A program made the position numbers and the translations under genes. The notes under the pieces were generated by a model. It was not told the origin of the DNA and searched no databases. It was given only the letters and a program-made list of their open reading frames with translations. This document shows positions 47,161 to 54,712 of a stretch of DNA of 64,000 bases, one piece after another (the first letter of the stretch is position 1; each line of letters begins with the position of its first letter). The DNA is taken from contig CAZROM010000002.1 in assembly GCA_964601715.1 (NCBI GenBank), positions 2,155 through 66,154 on the forward strand. The letters are read 5' to 3'. Source of the DNA: an uncultured Candidatus Peribacteria bacterium. GTDB lineage: Bacteria; Patescibacteriota; Gracilibacteria; UBA1369; 2-02-FULL-48-14.

Positions 47161-48132
47161 TTATATAGAAAACTGTTCCAATAAGGCTAGAGCTTCTTTG
47201 TGGAGTTCAGAAATGTTTTCAGCGGGTTTGGCGGAATCAAAGGCTAGGCTCAAATTGCGTGAAGACATTTCGTCCAAATCCAGACTGGCTAGATTCAAAT
47301 CCTTTAAAACACCGCTTACTTTTTGAGTGTAAGAGAGTCCGAGCACTTTTGTTCCGCTCAAAGCGGCGGCGATTAAAAAGTGCAATCTCATTCCGATGCA
47401 GGTGTCACAAGTGCTTAGAAATTGGATCAGCGATGTGAAGGACTCGAACTGCTCCACTTCCCCAAATTCCTTGAGCACCGTCGGATCTTTGAGGTCCATG
47501 CTGACGAAGTGGAGTTCGTAACCTTTTTTTGCGAGTTTCTCTGTAAAATGTTTGAATTCGTCCACCTTTCCTCCCCAAGGTCTTAGGTTGATCGCGATTT
47601 TTTTTGTTGGATGATTTTTTTGAGCTTCAAAGGCAAAACACAGATCGGTGCTGATGCGAGGGCCGAAGGTCTTAGCCAGTTTTTTGAGTGTTTCGGCTGA
47701 AGTTTTATCGCGGACGGTGATGTTTTTCGCTCGAGAGAACGCCCACTTGGTCAGAGTTTTGCCAAAGCGGCTGTGGAGTGGGCCAATCGACTGTCCGAGA
47801 AAATGAACGGGCTTCATGAAGAGCCTTGCCCACAGCACGTGCCAACTCCATAAAGCGATGGCTTTTTTACCTTCGTGTTCGGTGAAAAGTCCTCCTCCTG
47901 TAAAAACCACGGCTTTGCATTTAAAAAGATAGTAGAAGGATTTGAGCCATCCGAAACTGAGTGCCGAACGAAAACCAAAAGGCAGATGCCTTGCTTCATT
48001 CTTCTCTTTTGGATTTCCTGTTAAAACCAAGCAATGAAAGTGTTTACCAAGCTTCTGCAAGGCTATTTCTTTCAAGGCTTCGTCCCCCAAATTCCCGGAC
48101 CCATATGAGCCGATGAGTAGAATGGTTTTCAT
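47161..48132 (-). CDS. csaB: Polysaccharide pyruvyl transferase (CsaB-like)
   Basis: ILLIGSYGSGNLGDEALKEIAL...TGGGLFTE...FLGQSIGPL...ITVRD matches the CsaB pattern. The ATG at 48132 overlaps the upstream stop as ATGA; an alternative ATG is at 48153. Confidence 0.65.
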   Translation of the reverse strand: MKTILLIGSYGSGNLGDEALKEIALQKLGKHFHCLVLTGNPKEKNEARHLPFGFRSALSFGWLKSFYYLFKCKAVVFTGGGLFTEHEGKKAIALWSWHVLWARLFMKPVHFLGQSIGPLHSRFGKTLTKWAFSRAKNITVRDKTSAETLKKLAKTFGPRISTDLCFAFEAQKNHPTKKIAINLRPWGGKVDEFKHFTEKLAKKGYELHFVSMDLKDPTVLKEFGEVEQFESFTSLIQFLSTCDTCIGMRLHFLIAAALSGTKVLGLSYTQKVSGVLKDLNLASLDLDEMSSRNLSLAFDSAKPAENISELHKEALALLEQFSI

Positions 48133-49454
48133 CGCAGTTTTTTTAGGAGCCATTTTGCTAAAAAGAAAACCCCGTCTTTTTTGATTCTGAATTTAAGTTT
48201 TGCAAGTGTTGAGCCTGAAAAGTATTGGTTTTTGTCGGGTGCAATTTTTGGAGCGTTTAGCCAAGCAACAAACGGCGCGAGTGTTTTTTTGTAACTGTAT
48301 TCTTTACTCATGAATTTTTTGGCAGTTTCCGCCCATGATTTTCTGTCTAAGTCGAAGAGCGTTGCAATGGCTTTGCTCAAGGCTTTTGGATCTTTGAATG
48401 GGAGAGCGAAAATGATTTTTTCTTGGGCCAAGTGTTTGGTGAATTCTGAGCCTGCGGTGCTGAGGGTTGGCACGCCGTAATGAAGCCATTCGTTGATGCG
48501 ATTGCGTGCTCCGAAATGTGTTTCGAGATTGTCTCGATCTAAGTTGATTGCGCCTAAGACTTGCTCATAAACCGCGAGCAAATCCTTTTTCTCAAGACGC
48601 CCTAAAAAGTGATAGCGATGCTTGTACTCGGAGTTTTGAATTTTAGCTAAGAAGTTTTTTAAAACAGGATTTCCTTCTGCATCCGCTTCACTGCCTGTGC
48701 TCATAAAATGAAGCGTTGGATTTTGTTTCATTGCGAGCTCAAGACCCGCAAACAATGTTTCTTCATCGAGCCATGTGTTGTAAGAGCCGCAGAATAAAAT
48801 CGCCCTTTCGTTGGACTTTAAATCGAGTTTGTAGTGGGATGCTTTTTCTGTTTCGAGTTCATTTGCAGGAGGAATCACGTGAAAAAACTCCTGCCCTTCG
48901 GTCAAATGATTGAGCCTGAAAAGCGTGGCGATTTCTCCATAACTTGCCTCTTTTTGAGGAGTGCTGGCTACGGAACCACAATCCATCTTTTCTAGGATTT
49001 TCTTTTCGCGTTGCCACAGAGTTTTTAAGTAGCTGCTGTCTTGGTGCACGAAAGCGGCACTTTGCGCCTCACCCATGAGCCAACCATTGAGGTCTGCCCA
49101 GAATGGGATTTGTGAACTTAGCTCTGCCAAATAAAAGCTGGGGAGATTGTTCACGCCGATACAAAGATCTGCGTTGGAATCTTTAAAGGCTTTTTTGAGC
49201 TCATTTTTAAAGCCTCCTTCGTCCTTGTCTAAATATAGGATGTGGATACCATCTTTCTTAACCCATTTCTTTAATGGGCGAGCATTTTTGTAGTTTTTTT
49301 GTTCTGTTAAAAGCACCAAAAACACTTCCCATTCTTTTTTGTCTATAAAGGCTTGGAGGAATTGCCACGTTCGAAGTCCGTAGGCGGTTTGCCACAGAAC
49401 TCCTTCTTCATTCGGTAAGGGGCCGGCCCCACAGATGAATGCTGTTTTTTGCAT
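48129..49454 (-). CDS. Glycosyltransferase, GT-B fold (GT4-like)
   Basis: The C-terminal block ETHFGARNRINEWLHYGVPTLST resembles the E-x7-E region of GT4 enzymes. Confidence 0.5.
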   Translation of the reverse strand: MQKTAFICGAGPLPNEEGVLWQTAYGLRTWQFLQAFIDKKEWEVFLVLLTEQKNYKNARPLKKWVKKDGIHILYLDKDEGGFKNELKKAFKDSNADLCIGVNNLPSFYLAELSSQIPFWADLNGWLMGEAQSAAFVHQDSSYLKTLWQREKKILEKMDCGSVASTPQKEASYGEIATLFRLNHLTEGQEFFHVIPPANELETEKASHYKLDLKSNERAILFCGSYNTWLDEETLFAGLELAMKQNPTLHFMSTGSEADAEGNPVLKNFLAKIQNSEYKHRYHFLGRLEKKDLLAVYEQVLGAINLDRDNLETHFGARNRINEWLHYGVPTLSTAGSEFTKHLAQEKIIFALPFKDPKALSKAIATLFDLDRKSWAETAKKFMSKEYSYKKTLAPFVAWLNAPKIAPDKNQYFSGSTLAKLKFRIKKDGVFFLAKWLLKKLR

Positions 49455-49472
49455 GACAACGTTATAGCACGC

Positions 49473-49865
49473 TTAGGCGGCTACGGCGAGGTCTTCCTCT
49501 TTTGCTTCCAATTCCTTGGTGTCCACTCGTTCCTTTTGCCATTGAAGCAGAGTGATGGTGCTGGCCACCACTTCGGTGATGTAGTGCATGGTTTTGTCCT
49601 TGCCTTCGTAGGCGCGATTGGTCAAACGTCCTTCCAAAAAAATAGGCGAGCCTTTGCGTAAAAACTTGCCGCTCAAGTCGGCTAAATGATCCCACGCAAC
49701 GACGCGGTGGAAGTCCACGCTTTTTTTGAGCTCACCTTCGGCATCGAACCACTCGTTGTTGGTGGCGATGGCAAAGCTACTCACGTGCTTTTTATTTTTC
49801 GTGTTTTTGACTTCCGGATCTGCTACTATGTGGCCAAGGAAGGTCACGCGATTGATGCTTTTCAT
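49473..49865 (-). CDS. ssb: Single-stranded DNA-binding protein
   Basis: The OB fold reads MKSINRVTFLGHIVADPEVK...FHRVVAW...GSPIFLEGRLTNRAYE. The start was set at the ATG at 49865. Confidence 0.9.
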   Translation of the reverse strand: MKSINRVTFLGHIVADPEVKNTKNKKHVSSFAIATNNEWFDAEGELKKSVDFHRVVAWDHLADLSGKFLRKGSPIFLEGRLTNRAYEGKDKTMHYITEVVASTITLLQWQKERVDTKELEAKEEDLAVAA

Positions 49866-49970
49866 AGAGTAAGGGGTTAATGAATAAGCGAAACCGTTAT
49901 AAGCCATCGACCTGAATAGAATCCTGAAATTTTTCTTTCATTCACCTTAAATTTTTCTTACAAATCGAAT

Positions 49971-50552
49971 ATGTTCACTGGACTTGTGCAAAACCTTGGA
50001 ACCTTAATGGAGGTGCAAAACGTGGGTAAATCTAAGGAATTTCTGATTCAAAGTAGTTTACCGGCAGAAACTTTTAAAAAAGGGGCGAGCATCATGGTGA
50101 ATGGGGCTTGCCTGACGGTTGAACGCTACTTCCCCGAAGGGAATTTTTTAGTGACGGCCGTAGAAGAAACGTTGAAAAAAACCACGCTCTCTAAATTGAA
50201 AGTGAAGCAAAAACTCAATCTCGAAGCGGCACTCACCTTAGGGACTCCCTTGGGTGGGCACTTGGTTTCTGGTCACGTGGATGGCGTTGGAGAAGTCGTT
50301 CACGCTGGCTCTAAGCTCATCCTTCAAGTGCCCAAAGACTTGCTTAAATTCTTTGCTGTCAAAGGTTCCATTGTGGTTAATGGAGTGAGTTTGACTCTCG
50401 TGGATCAAGTCAAAGACACGGTTGAAATCGCATTGATCCCGGAAACGTTAAAAGAGACGAATTTGGGACTTTTAAAAAAAGGTGATCTCGTTAATCTTGA
50501 AGTGGATTTGATCGCACGCTATCTTGATCGCCTCTTAACTGCTCGCTCATGA
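49971..50552 (+). CDS. ribE: Riboflavin synthase alpha chain
   Basis: MFTGLVQNLG and the duplicated lumazine-binding repeats (SIMVNGACLTV and SIVVNGVSLT) are present. Confidence 0.93.
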   Translation: MFTGLVQNLGTLMEVQNVGKSKEFLIQSSLPAETFKKGASIMVNGACLTVERYFPEGNFLVTAVEETLKKTTLSKLKVKQKLNLEAALTLGTPLGGHLVSGHVDGVGEVVHAGSKLILQVPKDLLKFFAVKGSIVVNGVSLTLVDQVKDTVEIALIPETLKETNLGLLKKGDLVNLEVDLIARYLDRLLTARS

Positions 50553-50947
50553 ATGCTCTGATTGTTTACTCTCGATTCAACGAAGACGTCACTCTCCCTT
50601 TGCTTGAGGAATGTGTGAAGGGTTTTGAGGAACAAGGGCTCGACCCTAAGGTCATCGACGTTCCGGGAGCCGTTGAAATTCCACTCATGATTCAAAATCA
50701 GTTGGACAGAGGTGAATTCGACTGCGTGGTTGCTTTGGGTTGCGTGATCAAGGGCGACACCGAACATTACGACGCTGTTTGTGAAATGTGCAGTGCCGGA
50801 ATCATGGATGTGATGCTCACCAGTGGTGTTCCCGTGGTGTTTGAGGTGTTGATGGTGGACGACAAACAAAAAGCCTTGGATCGCATTTCAAAAGGTTACC
50901 ATGCGGCTTTTGTGGCGACTGAAATGGCTGCGAAACTACAAGCTTAG
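50549..50947 (+). CDS. ribH: 6,7-dimethyl-8-ribityllumazine synthase (short form, 132 aa)
   Basis: VPGAVEIPL and LGCVIKGDTEHYDAVC are present. An ATGA overlap couples it to ribE. Confidence 0.88.
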   Translation: MNALIVYSRFNEDVTLPLLEECVKGFEEQGLDPKVIDVPGAVEIPLMIQNQLDRGEFDCVVALGCVIKGDTEHYDAVCEMCSAGIMDVMLTSGVPVVFEVLMVDDKQKALDRISKGYHAAFVATEMAAKLQA

Positions 50948-50950
50948 GAG

Positions 50951-51994
50951 TTATTTCCGTTTCTTTCTGCTTAAACTCTCTCGACAGTAATCTTCTGCAG
51001 TGTCACCTGCGTAGAAGATCCAGTCTGCGCCTGTGTATTCTGCGTCGTGTGGGTGGTTCCAGTGTGCATTTTCATGGAGCGTTTCATGCAAAAGTGTGTT
51101 GACTAGTGTGCATCTATCCCAAAAAGCATCTTCGTAAAGTGCTATAGAGCCAACTTCATTGAATCTGCTTAGTCCAAGATATTTTTCTGACGGACCGGGG
51201 CATTTGAAATTGAACGCTTCTTTGCTTTTAAAAATTTCGTTTGTTCTGCTGAATTTATCTTCAGGAAATGCAACATCCATCACTATTAATCGGTTCATCC
51301 ATGCTCTTTCTTCTGAAGTTCTAATTGTGTCAATTTTGCCGTCGATGGCGTCCACGTTTTTCTGAAGCCACTCTTTTGCCCAAGCAATTTTGTAGAGCTC
51401 TTTAGACGTGCAAGTTTTAGTCAGGTCGCCGTATTCTGCTAGCAATTCTGACTTGGTTTTTCCATCTGGGATGTAGACGTCGTGTGGTGCAGAGTACTTG
51501 TTGGAAGATTCTTCGGTTTGAAGTGGCGTTTTCTTGTGCTCTATTTGTGGAGTTTGATCAGGCTGTGGAGTTTGATCTGGTTCGTGGTTATACAGTAGAA
51601 ATCCCATTGAAGCTACTAAACTTGTCCCCACTCCTAATTCCCACCATTTATGTCCTTTTTTCGTTCTTGAGGACTCTTGTCCACTCCCATCTTGATACTT
51701 AACCCATTTTTTTTCTGAATTTAGAATCACTCCCTGAAAGGGTTTAGAGTCTTTGTATTCACAAATTTCACTTCCTTCTTGATGTGGAGTCGTCATGAAA
51801 CCATTGTATGGTTTGCCATCTTTGATGGTTCCTGTGAATGTTCTTCCGTCATAGTAGTTTAGATCACCATCGCCAAACCCTTCTGAATCTAAAAGGCTAC
51901 CCCTGTAATAATAGCCTTCAAAGTAGATTCGAGTTTCTGGTGGGCCAATCTCTTCTGGCTCTTCATCCTCTATCGTAGGATCGTCAACAGTCAT
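50951..51994 (-). CDS. Membrane-anchored protein: MORN-like N-terminus, one TM helix, C-terminal HExxH domain
   Basis: The N-terminus reads YFEGYYYRGSLLD...YYDGRTFTGTIKDGKPYNG. The TM helix is WWELGVGTSLVASMGFLLY, followed by the tandem repeat PDQTPQPDQTPQ. The zinc motif is LLHETLHENAHWNHPHD. Confidence 0.5.
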   Translation of the reverse strand: MTVDDPTIEDEEPEEIGPPETRIYFEGYYYRGSLLDSEGFGDGDLNYYDGRTFTGTIKDGKPYNGFMTTPHQEGSEICEYKDSKPFQGVILNSEKKWVKYQDGSGQESSRTKKGHKWWELGVGTSLVASMGFLLYNHEPDQTPQPDQTPQIEHKKTPLQTEESSNKYSAPHDVYIPDGKTKSELLAEYGDLTKTCTSKELYKIAWAKEWLQKNVDAIDGKIDTIRTSEERAWMNRLIVMDVAFPEDKFSRTNEIFKSKEAFNFKCPGPSEKYLGLSRFNEVGSIALYEDAFWDRCTLVNTLLHETLHENAHWNHPHDAEYTGADWIFYAGDTAEDYCRESLSRKKRK

Positions 51995-52009
51995 AGCTTT
52001 AATTTGGTT

Positions 52010-52297
52010 TTATTTCTCCATAAACATTCTAACCGCTTTTCTCCATTTTTTAATACCGGTTCGGCAGAGGAACCAGTTGAGGCCCGCAAGCGCCAAAGGG
52101 GCGGCGCCTGTTCCTGTTGAAAGTGTGTCGGAAAATAGAATCGAGGTCGTGTAATTGTTGGTGTACACGTCGTTTTCGATTCCGTGTAAATAGAGTTCGT
52201 AGGTAAGACCGATCGCCAGACTCAAGATGAGTCCGGTGCCTAATCCACTGAGTACGTCTATTTTTAGGTTCTTGTGTGGCATCATGTTATTGTACAT
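52010..52297 (-). CDS. Small membrane protein (2 TM)
   Basis: The ATG at 52297 is used (the track starts at a TTG at 52342). The helices are GLGTGLILSLAIGLTY and GAAPLALAGLNWFL. Confidence 0.45.
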   Translation of the reverse strand: MYNNMMPHKNLKIDVLSGLGTGLILSLAIGLTYELYLHGIENDVYTNNYTTSILFSDTLSTGTGAAPLALAGLNWFLCRTGIKKWRKAVRMFMEK

Positions 52298-52377
52298 CTT
52301 TTTTGAAGGTTTGTCACACCTTTCTTTTTCGCTATTCGGCAATATTGCCTAGAATAGGCGTGATTTAAACTTTGAAT

Positions 52378-53553
52378 ATGAAACTCAAAACCCTAGAAAA
52401 TGTCGCTTTGGAAGGTAAAACGGTACTGCTTCGAACGGACTTCAATGTGCCTTTGCAGGATGGTGTGGTTCAAGATCAGACTCGACTTCGTGAAAGCCTC
52501 CCCACCCTTCGTCTTTTGCTCGAAAAGGGAGCGAAAGTGGTGATTGCGACGCATTTGGGTCGTCCTAAGGGTCTAGTGGTGGAGGGATTGCGTTTGGATG
52601 CGGTGGCGGCTGCCTTGTCTGCCCTGCTTGGCAAACCTGTTGCTAAACTCAATGACTGCATCGGTGCTGAGGTGGAAGCCGCTGTGGCAGCCGCGCCCTT
52701 TGGTTCTGTGATTTTGCTTGAAAATTTGCGTTTTCACCCTGAAGAAGAGGCCAATGACGCTGCTTTTGCTGCCGCGCTCGCGGCTGGCAAAGATTTGTAC
52801 GTGAGTGATGCCTTTGGAACGGTGCACCGAGCTCATGCCAGCACGGTTGGGGTGACGAAGCTCTTGCCCTCTTACGCAGGACTTTTAGTCCAAAAAGAAG
52901 TGGAAGTGCTCAGCGGAATTTTGGAAAATCCTAAGAAACCCCTCGCCTTGGTGGTGGGTGGCGCAAAAGTTGATACGAAAATTGGAATTTTGGAGAAATT
53001 CTTAAACATTGCCGATGTCTTTGTGATTGGAGGAGCCTTGGCAAATACTTTCCTTGCTGCTCAAGGGTACGCAGTGGGCAGTTCCTTGTTTGAAGCGGAT
53101 AAAGTGGAGGTTGCGAAACAGTTCTTGGCTGCCGCTTCTGGAAAAACGGTGCTTTTACCCACCGATGTTGTGATTGCTGCGGATCTGACTCCTGGCTTGC
53201 CTGTTCAGGAAGTTTTGATCTCTGCCGTTCCTGCGGACCAGAAAATCTTGGATCTCGGCGCAGCCACGCGTAAAGCCTTTGCGGATGGACTTTCAGGCGT
53301 TCAAACCATTTTGTGGAATGGACCCATGGGACTTTATGAACAAGATGCTTTTGCGGCTGGAACACGCGATTTGGCTCTAGCCATTGCTGAGCTGCCTGCG
53401 GTCAAAGTGTTGGGAGGAGGCGACACCATTGATGCCCTCGCCCACTTTGGCATACCAACTGAAAAGTTCACCCACATTTCTACGGGTGGTGGCGCGATGC
53501 TTGAATTCTTGGAAGGAAAAATGCTTCCTGGTGTGGAGGTGCTTCTCGCTTAG
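52378..53553 (+). CDS. pgk: Phosphoglycerate kinase
   Basis: RTDFNVP, HLGRPKG, GGAKVDTKI and STGGGAMLEFLEG are present. Confidence 0.96.
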   Translation: MKLKTLENVALEGKTVLLRTDFNVPLQDGVVQDQTRLRESLPTLRLLLEKGAKVVIATHLGRPKGLVVEGLRLDAVAAALSALLGKPVAKLNDCIGAEVEAAVAAAPFGSVILLENLRFHPEEEANDAAFAAALAAGKDLYVSDAFGTVHRAHASTVGVTKLLPSYAGLLVQKEVEVLSGILENPKKPLALVVGGAKVDTKIGILEKFLNIADVFVIGGALANTFLAAQGYAVGSSLFEADKVEVAKQFLAAASGKTVLLPTDVVIAADLTPGLPVQEVLISAVPADQKILDLGAATRKAFADGLSGVQTILWNGPMGLYEQDAFAAGTRDLALAIAELPAVKVLGGGDTIDALAHFGIPTEKFTHISTGGGAMLEFLEGKMLPGVEVLLA

Positions 53554-53828
53554 TTGAGGTAAGCCAGTATGTAGACCTGAGTAAGCGCGTAAAAACCGAT
53601 GCCCATCCAAATGATGTTCAAAATGAAGGATGGGTAGGCCTTGTTTTTATATGCATTGATCAACATTCCAAAAGCCCCGAAAAAATTGAGGAATTGAAAA
53701 GTGAAAGTCTGAGCCTCAATCTTCCCAAGACTATTGAGTCCGTAGGCCACCAAAATCGACAAGGCACCTAACCAACCTAGAATTTCGTGAGGCTCGTCGA
53801 AGTATTCGATCCATTTGATTTTCTTCAT
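53550..53828 (-). CDS. Small membrane protein (CBU_0592-like, 3 TM)
   Basis: ILGWLGALSILVAYGL...FLNFFGAFGMLINAY...ILNIIWMGIGFYAL. Confidence 0.45.
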   Translation of the reverse strand: MKKIKWIEYFDEPHEILGWLGALSILVAYGLNSLGKIEAQTFTFQFLNFFGAFGMLINAYKNKAYPSFILNIIWMGIGFYALTQVYILAYLN

Positions 53829-54241
53829 GGTTCTTGTGGCAAGGAGGCTAAGTAATTTTCGAGCAAAATTTGGGCTGAGCGACTGTCCACGAATTTATCG
53901 CCAGTTTCGTGACCGTCTAAATTTTTTGCAAATTCGGTGGTGAGGCGCTCATCCATTTCTAAGATTGGGAGTCCCCATGCCGAGATTTCGCTCAAGACTT
54001 TTTTGGTTTTCTCTGTTTGTAAGGTCGAGGTTCCATCCAGCTTCAGTGGCATGCCTGCGACGATGCCTTTGATGTTTTCGATTTGGATGGTGGCTTTGAT
54101 TTTTTCGAGTGCTTCGCTTTGACTTTGGTGCTCCAATTCGGGGCGCGAAAAAGCCACACGTTGTTTTTCATCGGTCACGGCGACGCCGGTGCGTCGCGTT
54201 CCAATGTCTAGCGCTAAGAGTTTGCCTACGGGGAGTTTCAC
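53825..54241 (-). CDS. ruvX: Holliday junction resolvase-like / pre-16S rRNA nuclease RuvX (YqgF)
   Basis: LALDIGTRRTGVAVTD and DERLTT are present. The start codon is GTG. Confidence 0.88.
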   Translation of the reverse strand: MKLPVGKLLALDIGTRRTGVAVTDEKQRVAFSRPELEHQSQSEALEKIKATIQIENIKGIVAGMPLKLDGTSTLQTEKTKKVLSEISAWGLPILEMDERLTTEFAKNLDGHETGDKFVDSRSAQILLENYLASLPQEP

Positions 54242-54258
54242 CTGGTTTGGTGTGAAGG

Positions 54259-54702
54259 CTAAGCGGCTGTCACAGAGACATGCACGGTTGCTTTGATTTC
54301 TTTGTAGAGATCGATTTTGATCGTGTAGGAGCCTGTGTTTTTGATGGGATCCATGTTGATCGCCTTCTCTGGAATGTCTGCTGAAAGTTGAGCTTTGATG
54401 GCGGCAGAAATTTCTTTTTGATGAAGCGCAGCATAGAGCTTGCCTCCGTCGCTGCTTTTTTCAGCCAAACTCACGGCTTTGCCATCGATTTTGTCTTTCA
54501 CCGCCATTGCGCTTTCCTTCATGTTTTCCAGTTTTTCCACAGCCTTGGCTTTTTGAGCTTGAACCAAAGTCACTTTGCCGGAGGTGGCAATGGTGGCCAA
54601 TTTTCGTGGAGCGAGAAAGTTTTGGTAGTAGCCATCAGAGACTTCTTTGACGTCTCCTTTTTGACCTAAACCTTTGATGTGACTGGTGAGGATGACTTTC
54701 AT
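54259..54702 (-). CDS. rplI: Ribosomal protein L9
   Basis: MKVILTSHIKGLGQKGDVKEVSDGYYQNFLAPRKLA. The start was set at the ATG at 54702, where homology begins. Confidence 0.93.
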   Translation of the reverse strand: MKVILTSHIKGLGQKGDVKEVSDGYYQNFLAPRKLATIATSGKVTLVQAQKAKAVEKLENMKESAMAVKDKIDGKAVSLAEKSSDGGKLYAALHQKEISAAIKAQLSADIPEKAINMDPIKNTGSYTIKIDLYKEIKATVHVSVTAA

Positions 54703-54712
54703 AAAGTTTGGA

